Assembly (NCBI RefSeq): GCF_000281045.1
Contig: NW_008246090.1
Coordinates: forward strand, 147,562 to 187,831
Direction: 5' to 3'
Source of the DNA: Saprolegnia diclina VS20
Lineage: Eukaryota
Length of the DNA stretch: 40,270 bases
Shown: positions 11,076 through 26,125 of the stretch, piece by piece
Layout: each line of letters begins with the position of its first letter
How positions within the stretch are numbered: position 1 is the first letter of the stretch
Translations under genes and position numbers: made by a program
The notes under the pieces: generated by a model
The model's input: only the letters and a program-made list of their open reading frames with translations
What the model was told of the DNA's origin: nothing
Database searches by the model: none

Positions 11076-12445
11076 TTCGTATAACTTAAAGATCCTTGGC
11101 CTCCTCAAAACTACATGGCGTTTGCTCGGCCGAGAATATAAGAACTGGGGCCGCCGCTGTGTCCACAATCACAGTGTATTGGGTCCTTGACTCAAACACG
11201 CTCCAACTGCCCGACTCGCGACGCCGCGGCCAACGCGTGGTATGCTCCGGAAGAGGCCTACTGTGCGCGCGACGGCAGAGCGTACTGCACGTCGTTACTT
11301 CTGCGGCAGACACGCGTTCAACCTGGCATCGTCGACAACAAGATGGACGTGCTCCGGATCCAGGCGCTGGGCCACCGAGCGATCGATCGATGTCGCGTGC
11401 GATGGCTGCCGTCACGTGTGGCAGCGCCGGACGCCACTTCATTCAGCCTTTGGCGACTGGATCCACGAGCATTCTCCGCTGACCAAGCCCCACGCTGTTC
11501 CCCTACCTGCTAGCGTATCTGAGCCAATTCACAAAGCCAAGCTGCCTGCGCCTTTGCTACGCAGAGCTATTCGGTGGTTGCTTGTTCAAGCAGCTACTGG
11601 GCTCCCTGTGCTGGCCTTCTTCATCTATTGGCTTTTGCTTTCTCAGCGACAAGATCGACGAAGAGGACCAGCTGATGAACGAACGCGCGGCCGTCACAAC
11701 CCAAGGGGAAAGACTCGAATTACCACGTTGAGTAGTTTACTAGATAGTGCGCTCGGAGGACAGACCATCCATTCATTGCACACGTGGACGACGTGGGTTC
11801 TCGCGGGATTATATCAAAGTGATTTTGGTGTTGAAATGAGTTATGCAGTTATACCGATATGGCGGACTTGATCATGCGCTCGTGGAGCGTGCCCGATGTG
11901 TCTAGCGAGGAGTCGTGATGCGAGGGACGAGGTAGCGCGCGCACCAAGCGTCGTCTCGAAGCGCGTTGAGCGGCTCGTCACGCGAATATCAAGTGAAGTT
12001 TGCACTTTGGGACCCAACGAAAGGCCCACAGCTGTCCAATTCGAGGGCGACTTTGGTGGTACGCTACCATACGTGGCAACAATCCATTCGCTCTACGTCT
12101 TCTCCGAGCTTAGACGTCGCTTGATTAGAAACCGGTGGCAGTCAGCCCGGCCAATCTTGCTGACACTGCTCGCTGAACGCAAGCCAAAGCAACTTGTTCG
12201 CCTTGGCCGAACGCAGCCTCTTCCTGAGGGACCATCGACGAGGCCTCGAGGAGTCAGTGGTGTTAATTTGCATCCCTACGGTACCGGTACGTATAGCAGG
12301 TAAAACCTTCTACGTAGCAGGAACTGCTGGGTTCAGATCTGGATCTGCGCTTCAACAATCTGGGTGCAATCTTGCAGAGTGATGGTGCGTCGGATGATAT
12401 TCTGGCAGAACCCAATTCCATTTCCACGCGAAACAGCGGTTGTCG

Positions 12446-13996
12446 ATGGCGTCGGACGACGAGACGCGACTGCCGATCCTCGAGAAGCTCACGAGCGACG
12501 CAGAGGCCCACGCGCGCTCGACGACGCGCGTCCGGCGCAGCTTCACGAGCCTCGTTGCGATCGTGCTCGTCAGCGCGGTTCTCGCCTTTGGCTGGTCGCT
12601 GCCCGCCAAGCCCGACCCGCCGCTGCAGGACGCGCGCCATGACTTTTCCGGCGACTTGCGCTCGCGCTGCGAGACCAACACCCTGCTCCAGCCACTCGAC
12701 CACTTTGGCGCGTCGGCCAACGCGGCGTCGTTCGAGCAGCGGTACTTGACCTGCAGTGAGTTTTTCGATGCGACGAACGGTCCGATCTTCTTCTACACGG
12801 GCGGCAACGCCAACGTCGAGGTCTTCCTCAACACAACCGGCGCCATGTGGGAAGCCGCGCCGGTCGCCAACGCGCTCCTCGTCTTTGCCGAGCACCGGTT
12901 CTTTGGCACGTCGATCCCATCCTCGTCATCGTCCACCCATGCGCTGGACCACCTCTCGACGGCGCAGGCGCTCGCCGACTATGCGAACGTAATCACAGCG
13001 CTTCTCGCTCGTTTTGGCCATCGCCCGGTCGTCGCGTTTGGCGGCGGCTACGGCGGCCTCCTCGCGACGTGGCTGCGGCTTAAGTTCCCGCACCTCGTGA
13101 TCGGCGCGGTCGCAAGCTCGGCGCCACTTCTCGCGTTTGAAGCGAATGTCGACGCCACCGCATTTGCGCGGACCGTCACGTACGTGGCAAGTCCCGTGGC
13201 CGGTGCGCACCCCAACTGCATCCCCAATGTCCGCGCGCTGTGGCCTCAGCTCACGGCAGCGGCACATTCTTCAAGCGGTCGCACACAGCTCGCCGCTGCG
13301 TTCCGCCTCTGCCCCGGCATTAGTCCTTCGTCCAGTTCTCTTGTTGCTTGGATCACGACAGCGTTCGAAGCCTTGGCCGTCCACAACCACCCGTTCCCGA
13401 CGGCAGGTCTGCCGGGCCATCCGATGCGCGCCGCCTGCGCGCATTTGGCCCACGACTACTATGCTGGCCGCTCCGATCTCGAGCTCTACGCTGCCGTGCG
13501 GGACGCAGTCGGTGTCTACTACAATGCATCGGGCGACGTGCCATGCTTTGACCTTGGCAACGACCACGGCGAGCGACGTCAAAATGTGTTCAAGTACCTC
13601 AAGTGCACCGAACTCTACACCCCGCGCGATTATGCTGGCGGCGACGACGACATGTTCCCACCGCAGCGCCACAACGAGACCACAGACGCCATGCGGTGCC
13701 TGCAGACTTGGGGCGTCGATTTGCGCCCGTTCTACGCGCACACCATGTACGGCGGGCGTGCCGGGCTCGAAGCGGCGACCAATCTCGTGTTAACCAACGG
13801 CGACCTGGACCCGTGGAGCAACAGCGGCATACTCCAGTCGCTCTCGCAGTCGGTCGTCGCCGTGCGCATTCCAAAGGGCGCGCACCAGTCCGACTTGTAT
13901 TTTCATGACGCGACCGACTCGGACGACCTCGCGTCGGCGCGTGCAGTCGTGCGAGCCCACGTCCAGCACTGGCTCACGACCTTTTCCAAGCACTAG
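12446..13996 (+). CDS. Serine peptidase family S28 (Pro-X carboxypeptidase/DPP7-like) with N-terminal TM anchor; catalytic Ser replaced by Gly
   Basis: QPLDHF, FEQRY, GPIFFYTG, LVFAEHRFFG, QALADYA, GAVASSAP, NGDLDPW, GAHQSDL. The nucleophile elbow reads GGGYGG instead of GGSYGG. Confidence 0.9.
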   Translation: MASDDETRLPILEKLTSDAEAHARSTTRVRRSFTSLVAIVLVSAVLAFGWSLPAKPDPPLQDARHDFSGDLRSRCETNTLLQPLDHFGASANAASFEQRYLTCSEFFDATNGPIFFYTGGNANVEVFLNTTGAMWEAAPVANALLVFAEHRFFGTSIPSSSSSTHALDHLSTAQALADYANVITALLARFGHRPVVAFGGGYGGLLATWLRLKFPHLVIGAVASSAPLLAFEANVDATAFARTVTYVASPVAGAHPNCIPNVRALWPQLTAAAHSSSGRTQLAAAFRLCPGISPSSSSLVAWITTAFEALAVHNHPFPTAGLPGHPMRAACAHLAHDYYAGRSDLELYAAVRDAVGVYYNASGDVPCFDLGNDHGERRQNVFKYLKCTELYTPRDYAGGDDDMFPPQRHNETTDAMRCLQTWGVDLRPFYAHTMYGGRAGLEAATNLVLTNGDLDPWSNSGILQSLSQSVVAVRIPKGAHQSDLYFHDATDSDDLASARAVVRAHVQHWLTTFSKH

Positions 13997-14067
13997 AAGA
14001 AACAATTGTCCTATACAATGTCCACAAGTTGTCTTATTTGGTGGTGGAAAGAAATAAAGGCGTGCAC

Positions 14068-15934
14068 TCAGGCGTGGTTGACATGCATCGTGAGCTGCAC
14101 GGGCTTGAGCGAGACGCCCGAGAGCTTGGGGTTGGTGTTGGCCTCCGGAGCCAACGCAAAGGAAAACTGGGTGAGGAGCGTCGCAACAACGACTTGGAGC
14201 TCGGCGGTGGCAAAGCGCATGCCAATGCAGTTCTTGGCGCCGGCGCTGAACGGCATGTAGAAGAACGTGTTGCCGCGACCGCCGCGCAGTCCCTTGTCCG
14301 CAAGATAGACGTCCGAGTCGTCGAGAAACCGGTCTACACGGAATAGTGTCATGGCACGTGTGGACCGTAACGAATACCGGGCAAAAACTCGGTCGGACGG
14401 CTCCAGTACAGCGGGTTGCGGTGCATGACGCCCGTGTTGGCCACAATGGTCGTGCCCTAAAACAGAATATGAGCATTTTCTGGATCCAGAGATCGATATG
14501 GACCTTGGGCACAAAAATGGGTTTGCCCGACTCGAGCGGAATATGGTCGTCCGCGTCGGCAATGCGACTCGCGAGCGTCGTGATCGTCGGAAAGATGCGA
14601 AGCGTCTCGTGGATGACGGCGCTGATGTACTTGAGGTCCCCGAGCGCTGCGTACGAGATGGACCCGTAAGCCTTCTGCACCGCGCGGGCTTCGGCACGCG
14701 CCTTGGCCTCGGCCTCGGGGTGCTGCGCTAGAAGCGTAAACACCCAAGCGAGCGTCGTGCTCGTCGTCTGTTGCATTCGACATGAAAAATGTACTGCGAA
14801 CGAGGTTGGCAGTGGATACCTCGTGTCCGGCAAGGAGGAAGGTGAGGACGTGGACACGGGCTTCTGCGGCCGAGACCTTGTGATCGGTCTGCGTGCTCTC
14901 ATCTAGCATGAGGTCCAAAAGGTCGGTCGCAATATCCCTCGGATGGGCGAGCTTCTTAGCAATGACGTCGTCGACGACCTTGAAGAGGATGGCTTTGGCG
15001 CGCTTCATCTTGACCAGGCGTGGCAGCGGGTAGTGCTTGAAGCCCGGGAGGATGAGCGACCCAACAAAGTACGCCAAGCTCGGCGTGTTGTTCATCATGT
15101 GGTAAGCTTCGAGTGTCGTCGAGTTGCTGCCGGCGAGCGACTCGAAATTGTAGCCAAACGCCGAGACGCCAATCACGTCCAGTGTCAGCTTGGTAAAGAC
15201 TATCAGCAAAATGAGTTGGCGAATCACCAAAAATGGTGAAACGGTACGGTCGTGCATGTCGACGGACGCGCCAGACGCAACCACCGTGTCAAGGTGACGC
15301 ATGAGGTGCGCCGTGTGGTGCTGGAAGACGTCGACAAAGGTCTTGACCTTGGCGTAACCGAAATGCGGCATCAAGAGCTTGCGCATGCCCGTGTGCACGT
15401 CGCCTTCGGAGCTCAAGAGCCCGTCGCCGCCCGTGAGGTTCTATGGTATCAACTTGATACAATTGCATCCAAAACGCCAAGTGGCACATACGCTGAGGAA
15501 GCGCCGCGCCGTCGGGTCCCGCGGGTACGTGTCACCGTGGGTAAGAAACACGTGCTTGAGGGCTTCGGGGTCTGTGAGGAGAATCTAGTCGTCGATATCT
15601 TTAGTCGATGCACCATCACATGCCAGTCGATGGTATACCCGATGCGAAAGAAATGCGCGGTAGTGCACCGCACCGCCGTACTGCAGCGTCCACTTGAGGC
15701 CTGGCTCGGGGTAATGGCCGTTGGCCCACTTGGTATCGATGATTTCCTTGCTAATGACTAGATCAAGATGGCATTCTGCAAGATAGAAGCGTACAGGTTG
15801 CCGAAGATGATGTGGCTGGCGGCAGGACCCGGGATCGCCCGAAGCGGGCTCCATGCCGGCGCGAGAACGAAGAAGTAGAGAAAGGCGAGGCCGAGCCCAA
15901 GAGCCAAGAGGCCACAGACGAGCGCGAGATCCAT
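14068..15934 (-). CDS. Cytochrome P450 (microsomal, multi-exon)
   Basis: N-terminal TM plus AIPGP, I-helix LAGHE/TTSTT, ExxR (HETLR), heme motif FSAGAKNCIG; GT-AG introns. Confidence 0.93.
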
Positions 15935-17080
15935 GCTGTTGCAAAAAACAAAGTGAGCAGCAGCAGGATCGAAGCAGAGATCTTGCGTTGTCTCGTGCCA
16001 AGTTCGCGCAACATGATTGCAGAGCACGCCAAAGGACTCAACTTGACCTTCGATTGACACATGATTACGAACGATACTGGACACCACCATATGAGTGGCC
16101 ATCGCATTGACCAGCATTCCCGCTTGGTGGTGAAGGAGGAATGCATGTCCAAAGACACCTTGCCACGAGATTTCAGGACACGATGAAGCGGGAGCAACAG
16201 TAAATTCAATAGGATCCAAGGACCCCACAAAGAAACATTGAAAAGCCCCGGGTCGATGTTTCTCATTTTTTGGAGAGCTGACATTCGAGAGACGGGGAAA
16301 CTATGGAGCAGACCAGAGACATCGCCCCCTCTACAATATTTAAAGGAAACATCAAACGAGGCCGCAATGTCGCGTCGATGCAAAATGCAAGGTTAGCTCA
16401 AACAGCTAAGAGTTTGGACAGAGGCATTTATCGTGGGTGTAGTGTCGGCGCTGCTTGAGTTCGAATTGATCAGCCGTCACAACGCGCCTGTTGAGATACC
16501 ATATTTTGGGCATCGTGGGCGTTGGCCGCGGGGTGTGACACCAGTGCAGCAGCCGAGTTCGCGAGTGCCCACAGCGCTTTTCGCATGTCGATTTAGACGC
16601 TTCCCGTCAAATCGGGTTCTCGCAATGAACGCCCTCGGTAGGATGCAGCTAGCAGAGTTGATCTCGTGCTGGCTATCACTCGGCGGGAGGGGCCCCGTAA
16701 GACGGATCACACAGTACGTAGCTCAAAAGAGCAACGCACACGCATACAAGCGCAGCGCTGCGACGAATACAAAACCTTTGCACCCCTTTTTGCCCATCGC
16801 GAACATTGGAAGGGGCATACTTGAGCGAGGCGGGATAAACAGGTATTGTGGGCCCTCGAATGGACCTCGTTCCGGGCAGCTAACGACACTGCGGTCTCGC
16901 ATGACATTCTCCTCTAAGCTCCGGCAGGCTCGAGGCTCCTCGCACAGTCTTTCCAAGATACGGGGGTTTCCTAGCAGAGCCAATGAGCGCTCGCTTCGGA
17001 AATAGTGTACAAGCCGAAGCGGCGCCTGCTAAAAAGGCGGGTCCGTTTCCAAGACTTGCATTTTCGGTCAAGCGACCAAG

Positions 17081-20027
<2,947 letters not shown>

Positions 20028-20381
20028 GCGTCGCCGTCTTCTGTGGGTGCGTCACCCTACACACACGAACGATAATGAAGCTGCATGTTGTCGATATAAG
20101 CAAATATGTTCTCGCGACACAGGCGCGGCCCGGCGAGCGAATGAAGAAGAAGGAGATTGCTAGTCTCTACGTACGCGAAGTCTTTGTGTAATTATGAAGA
20201 TAACGCGAAACACGTTCATATATATATGTCCTCGCCGCTCGGTTCCATGGGCACAGCGGGAAAGGACGAAACCGTCTCTGACGTGGCACCGCGCACTCGT
20301 CGGAAGCGTATCCGGCATTTATCCGTATCCGGATGTAGCGCGATTGGTCATCGTGATTTAGATTTCAGAGAGCGCGGTCGA

Positions 20382-21065
20382 ATGCGGTACCTCCGGTCCA
20401 AGCACATCCGCAAGGCGCTGCGCCAGTTCCAGTTCCTCTGCGGCATCAAGCCGCCGTACAAGGTGCTCCTCGATGGCAACTTCATCGCCATGTGCATCAA
20501 GATGAACGTCGACATTGCGAGTCGCGTGCCCAAGTTCCTTCAGACTGACAAGTGCCACTTCTTCGTCACGTCGGCTGCGATCGCCGAGCTCTCGCTGCTC
20601 AGCAGCAGCGACAAGGACATGCTCGCGGCGTATACGCTCGCCAAGACCTTCCAGACTGTCGATGGCAACTCCAACAAGAGCGTGACAGAGGCCATGCTGA
20701 GCGCGGTCGGCGACCGCAACGACCGCAAGTACATTGTGGCCACGCAGGAAACCGAGCTGCGTAGCGCGCTGCGCCGCGTGCCCGGCGTGCCGCTCATCTA
20801 CCTCAACCGCTCGGTGCTTGTCTTTGAAGACATGTCGGATGCGACGCTCAAGATCTCGCGCAAGGACGACCACGCGAAAATGACCAAGCTCAACCCGGAC
20901 GAGGCCTCGAAACTCGAGGCCGTGCGCGCCGAGTCGGGCATCACGGCCCACATCGACGACGGCTCCAAGCCGCGAGCACTGAAGAAGGCGAAGGCGCCCA
21001 ACCCGCTCTCGATGAAGAAGAGCACCAAGAAGAAAGTTCGCGCCAAGAAGACCAAGTCGGCTTAA
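20382..21065 (+). CDS. UTP23: rRNA-processing PIN-domain protein UTP23
   Basis: KPPYKVLLDGNF, YIVATQETELR, RRVPGVPLIY and the basic tail KKAKAPNPLSMKK. Confidence 0.9.
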   Translation: MRYLRSKHIRKALRQFQFLCGIKPPYKVLLDGNFIAMCIKMNVDIASRVPKFLQTDKCHFFVTSAAIAELSLLSSSDKDMLAAYTLAKTFQTVDGNSNKSVTEAMLSAVGDRNDRKYIVATQETELRSALRRVPGVPLIYLNRSVLVFEDMSDATLKISRKDDHAKMTKLNPDEASKLEAVRAESGITAHIDDGSKPRALKKAKAPNPLSMKKSTKKKVRAKKTKSA

Positions 21066-21130
21066 TCGAGGCGTCCTCCCGTCCATTGCTTTTTTATATA
21101 TCAGATTTCAGCGATCGTATTCCATCGTAG

Positions 21131-22423
21131 CTACACAATCAATGTGCGGAGGTGCGAGATGAGCAAGTCGACTTCCTCGACCGTGTTGTAGTGGGCCATC
21201 GAGACGCGGACCGCGCCACCGTGCTTGGCCATGCCGAGCGGCTCGACGAGGTGGACGGCGTAAAAGTGGCCAAACCGCACACCAATGTTGACGCGGTCCA
21301 TGTGCGCGACAATGGACGGTGACGCGACGCCGTCGACGAGGAAGCTGATCGTGGCAATGCGTTCACGGTAGAGATGATCAACGGGCGATGTCATGGCGAC
21401 CTCCGAGAGACCGAGCACCTTGACCTTGGGCTGCGACCGAAGGTACGAAAGGAGGCGCTCCGAGAGGTACCGCTCGTGCATGTCAAAGCGGTCAAACGCG
21501 TGCTGCATCAGGGCGCGGTTCGAGGCGCCGCTGGGCGCGCCGAGGAGCTTGCCCATGGCCTGAAAGTACTCTGGGATCGCGCTGCAGCCATGCGAGAGCT
21601 CGAAGTTGACGTTGCCGGGCTGGAGCTTGTACGGAAGGTCGTCGGCCGCAATGAACTCGTGGTTGAGACTCGAGAGCGAGATGAGAAAGTCGCGGTGGCC
21701 CCACATGACGGCGTAGTGCGGGCCAAAGACCTTGTAAAAGCTAAAGACGTAAATGTCGGCGCCGCTCGCTTGCACGTCGACAAGGCGATGCGGCGCGTAC
21801 GCAACGGCGTCCACCGAGAGACGGCCGCCGACAGCATGAACGCGGTCCGCGACAGCCTTCACGGGGTTGACCGTACCGAGGATGTTGGACGCATGCGTCA
21901 TTGCGACCCATTTCGTCTTGGCCGTCAAGAGTGCGTCAAGCTGCGCAAGCTCGAGGTGCATGCTCGCCGGGTTGATCTCCCAGACTTTGATGACCGCACC
22001 GGCCTTGGCGAGACGCTTCCACGCGCCGACGTTGGCTTCGTGCTCCGAGTTGGTCAAGATGATCTCGTCGCCTTCGCGGATGCTCGGGAGCAGCGCTTGG
22101 ATGAAGAGGAACACAAGGCTCGTGGTCGAGCTGCCCATGATGACCTCCTCGTCGTTGGGCGCATTGATAAACTCGGCGACGGCCTTGCGCGCGGTCAGAA
22201 CGCGCGCGTTGGCGGCCTTGGCGGTCGCGTACGTCCCGCCGATCTGGACACTTGTCGACGTGAGGTACTCGTACACCTTGTCGGCCACGCGCTTGAGGAC
22301 TTGGCCGCCGCCGGCGTTGTCAAAGAAGACACTCTGGTTGGGCACGTTGAACGACGGGAACTCGGCGCGGACAGCCGCCATCTCGGTCGCCGTCAGCGGG
22401 CGCATCGGAGGTGTTGTGGTCAT
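21131..22423 (-). CDS. Class-V aminotransferase / cysteine-desulfurase-like PLP enzyme (VC1184-like subfamily), intronless
   Basis: FFDNAGGGQV, EHEANV, HASNILGTVNP, VDAVAYAPH, PLP-lysine motif FSFYKVFGPH, RFGHFYA, VRVSMAHYNT. Confidence 0.88.
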   Translation of the reverse strand: MTTTPPMRPLTATEMAAVRAEFPSFNVPNQSVFFDNAGGGQVLKRVADKVYEYLTSTSVQIGGTYATAKAANARVLTARKAVAEFINAPNDEEVIMGSSTTSLVFLFIQALLPSIREGDEIILTNSEHEANVGAWKRLAKAGAVIKVWEINPASMHLELAQLDALLTAKTKWVAMTHASNILGTVNPVKAVADRVHAVGGRLSVDAVAYAPHRLVDVQASGADIYVFSFYKVFGPHYAVMWGHRDFLISLSSLNHEFIAADDLPYKLQPGNVNFELSHGCSAIPEYFQAMGKLLGAPSGASNRALMQHAFDRFDMHERYLSERLLSYLRSQPKVKVLGLSEVAMTSPVDHLYRERIATISFLVDGVASPSIVAHMDRVNIGVRFGHFYAVHLVEPLGMAKHGGAVRVSMAHYNTVEEVDLLISHLRTLIV

Positions 22424-23128
22424 CGTCGTTGTCGGCGGTGAAATGGCAAATGAGTACTGATTGGCAACTTCGATCCTGCGCTTCGATGTGGATGGCGCTC
22501 GAATATAATAAAATTGCATACAATGCACAAGTACACAAACGCGGCGACAAAAGATCGGGCAATCGAAGTTGCAAGCAACTACGAGGATGCTGTGGTTGAA
22601 GTTGGGGCGGGCGTCAGGGAACACGGCCGACGATGAGCACCTTCTGCCCACAGAGCGCGTACGGAGGACATTGCGCACAGACTCCAACCATGACGATATC
22701 GTCCATCCTCATAGCAGAACAAACATTAGGCTAGCAAGAAGCGTCGCTTCAACTCCACAAGGTCAGCCCAGTGGTAGCGACCTGTCTAGACAACTCGCAT
22801 GGTCAATGTTCAGTAGCTATGTCCCTGGGCATCCGCTCGACGCACGCAGCGACGTATGGTCTCCTGCAGCACGTATACGTATACAATCGTAAAGAATGTT
22901 ATTTCATTTCGAGCACCTGAGCTTGGCCACGTCGTCCCATCGAGCTGCACCAAGGAAAGATTCAAGCGCAATGGGATGCAGAGGTCGGCATGCCATTGTC
23001 AATGGCCTAGCGACAGCTCTGGCGACCTTTGGCATCTTGGCGCCGAAATCATCACGTCAGATCGCCAGCGTTTAACCGGACGCACCGTGTAACCTCCAAG
23101 GAGCGAAGCGTCGGAGCGTCGGATAAGC

Positions 23129-23432
23129 ATGGTGGCGCAAGGTACGAGGCTGCGCTCACTCTCGACGACGAACATGCTCGACTAGGCTCGGGCAGCTCGG
23201 TCTTTGATGGCCTTCTCGTTGTGCTCTACATTTTCCTTGGTGTCTTTTGCTTCATGCTCCTACTGGGGTTCTACTTTTGCTACAAGAATGCCCGCGCTGA
23301 CGCCGAGCTGGACGGTACAACTCCCTGCATTGCATGATCCACTAAGATCTTCTTGTGCGACCAGAACTCCAAGGCTACCGTGAAGTTGAAGGTACGAGCC
23401 CTGTCTCCATCAGTCTTCGCAACGACGCATAG
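23129..23432 (+). CDS. Small single-pass membrane protein (~75 aa), 2 introns
   Basis: Introns 23142-23185 and 23315-23346 join MVAQ-GSGSSVFDGLLVVLYIFLGVFCFMLLLGFYFCYKNARADAELD-DLLVRPELQGYREVEGTSPVSISLRNDA*. Confidence 0.6.
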
Positions 23433-23689
23433 ATCCGCCATGCCTCAATGCGACGCGCGACACTGTGTGCTCGCGAGGCCAAGGTTGGCAGCGGCGCCTC
23501 GCTAGCAGTCTCTAATGCGTGGTAGGCATTCATTGCGACAAGATCGACACCAAGGTCGCTCTCCGAGTCATCGCCTCGACTGCGCCAGCGCTGCCATCGC
23601 AAACGAGCTTCTCGATAACCAAGTCGCATGCTGCGGTCGCTCCAGCACCAGTAGCAGCTCAAACCACGACGCTTTGAGCGCTTCCCCAT
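23375..23689 (-). CDS. Possible small hypothetical protein (104 aa)
   Basis: ATG-initiated ORF MGKRSKRRGLSCYWCW...; no recognisable domain; 3' end overlaps the neighbouring small gene. Confidence 0.25.
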   Translation of the reverse strand: MGKRSKRRGLSCYWCWSDRSMRLGYREARLRWQRWRSRGDDSESDLGVDLVAMNAYHALETASEAPLPTLASRAHSVARRIEAWRIYASLRRLMETGLVPSTSR

Positions 23690-24165
23690 CGTGTTCCTTG
23701 GTCGTTTGCTCACGTTATACAAATGTGTTGTGGGTCTATGTCTAACTAGATTCAACAAGAGATGAATATCAGCGTACATCCATCCTAAAAATCGTCTCTA
23801 GCTTCCTTTGAGGACCAAGGAAGATCACAGCAAGCGATCGCCGTGCTTCATGAAGCGTGCCACCTGTGGCCAATGAAAAGCGTCTATTGTTGTCAACTTC
23901 AAGTTGCTACGACCAGTATGGTACCTCCTGGCTCGGCGCTGTTGGACCACGATTCTTACTTGTGGCAAGGGGCACAACAAGGACAAAGTGGCTGGCTCAC
24001 TGGGCAATGGGCGTCGGACACGATGATAAAGTATCAAGCTATCGAGCCGATGGCACTTGGCTGCGTAATCACGCCGTGATTGGTCGCGTTTTTCTTCTTT
24101 TTAGCCAATGATAGCTCGAATAAATAGACGTCTCTTCCAACCATTTGCAAATCACGCCCAGGAGA

Positions 24166-25549
24166 ATGGAAGCGAAGCAAGAGTCGACGACGGTCCCGGC
24201 CGGCGCGCAGGCCGCGGTGCTCGTCAAGTCGGAGCGCCTGGACAATGGCGACTACAGCCAGGTGAAGGGGTACGTGCCCATGCCCGCGATGTAGGCCATT
24301 GGCTCATGCTCATGACGCAGCTACGACTTCAACCAAGGTGTCGACTATGCCAAACTCATGGAGAGCTACCGCTACATGGGCTTCCAGGCGACGAACCTCG
24401 GCAAAGCCGTCGAAGAGATCAACCGCATGGTAGGATGATGCATCTCGCTCGCTCCTCGCCCTCATTGCGCACGTGCAGCGGTCGTGGCGCCTGAGCGACG
24501 AGCCCATCGACGAGAACGACGACGATGCGCTCAAAGACCCGACCGTGCGCGCGAACTTCAAGTGCAAGATCTTCCTCGGGTACACGTCCAACTTGATTTC
24601 GAGCGGGCTTCGCGAGACGCTGCGGTTTCTCGCCCAGCACAAGATGGTACTTTCGATATCCCTGTTCGCGCGTCTCAAGTGCACGCGGGGTAGGTGGATG
24701 TGATTGTCGCGACCGCCGGTGGCATTGAAGAAGACTTTATCAAGTGTCTGGCGCCCACATACATTGGTGACTTTGCGCTCAAGGGCGCGGACCTCCGCAC
24801 GCGTGGCATCAACCGCATCGGGAACCTCCTCGTGCCCAACGACAATTACTGCAAGTTTGAAGACTGGCTCAACCCGATCCTCGACACGATGCTCGAAGAG
24901 CAAAAGACGCTCGTACGTGCATCTCGTGATGGACAACTTGTCTAAGAAGCACATTGGACAGGGCACTGTGTGGTCGCCGTCGACGATGATCCACCGACTC
25001 GGGAAGGAAATCAACAACGAAGACTCGGTCTATTACTGGTGCTACAAGGTACGCACGTTGCTTTAAAGACGGGGTATGGCATCTGGGCTAGAACAACATT
25101 CCGGTGTTTTGCCCGGCGCTCACGGACGGCTCGATCGGCGACATGATCTACTTTCATTCGTACCGCAACGAAGGCCTCGTCCTCGACATCGTCAGCGACA
25201 TTCGCCGCATGAACGACCATGCGATCCGCGCGAAAAAGACGGGCGTCGTCATCCTCGGCGGTGGCGTCGTCAAGCACCACATCCTCAACGCCAACCTCAT
25301 GCGCAACGGCGCCGACTTTGGTGTCTTTGTCAACACTGGCCAAGAGTACGACGGCAGCGACGCTGGTGCCCGCCCTGATGAAGCCATCTCGTGGGGCAAG
25401 CTCCGCTTGAACGCCAACCCTGTCAAGGTACAAACCCATTTTCCAAAATCCGAGCCAACGCGTTCTAGGTGTACGCGGAAGCCACGCTCGTCTTTCCGCT
25501 GCTCGTGGCCGAGACATTTGCCAAGGACTTTGCGCCGACAAGCAAATAA
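24166..25549 (+). CDS. DHPS: Deoxyhypusine synthase, multi-exon
   Basis: [80 protein letters not shown]. Confidence 0.96.
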
Positions 25550-25587
25550 CGCATTCTGGCGTCCATAGAAACACAGAGACATCGACA

Positions 25588-26125
25588 CTACATAATGGTG
25601 CTGTGTGGCACGGGGAGGGACATGGTGTGTCGGAGCTCGGGGTGTGCCAACGTCGCTGTGACCGCCGACGCCTGACGAGGTCGCGCGTCCTTGGTGTCGT
25701 CCATCGTGAGGAGACTGCGCAGCTTGGGCCGCGTCTCGGCATTGTCACAGCGAATGCCTGCGTCCTAGTTAGACACTACTCGGGACAAGGTGCGTACCGA
25801 CACCGCGCGAGCAAATCGTATCCGCTTGATGGATCATCTCTCCATGTTCGTCTACACTGGTCAAAAGCACCTCCAATGAAGTGGTCTCGCATAATACCTG
25901 TGATTTCAATGTAGGATGCGCTGGCCGTGTCTACTTGAGCCATGAGATCCGCATGCAGGAGTAGGTATTACCTTGGAGGCTCTCGCGGTACATGGACCAG
26001 AGCAGGTACAGGATCGCGAGGACAATGACGCCAATCGCGCCAAAGAGAACGTAAATGATGTCGCGAACGAGGCTCGAACCCGAGCTAAAGACGTCGGCGG
26101 CTTCGAGACCGCGCAAGACCCCCAT
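25588..26125 (-). CDS. Small single-pass membrane protein, multi-exon (3' structure uncertain)
   Basis: MGVLRGLEAADVFSSGSSLVRDIIYVLFGAIGVIVLAILYLLWSMYRESLQ followed by GT-AG introns; the downstream frame is not fully resolved. Confidence 0.45.

Noticed and set aside
11086..11513. Small ORFs downstream of DDX24
   Set aside because: No consistent splice model or motif could be built, so a gene is not supported, though not excluded.
15950..17060. 190-aa ORF 16433-17005 and neighbours in the P450/kinase spacer
   Set aside because: Non-ATG start, atypical codon use and no motifs; treated as divergent promoter sequence.
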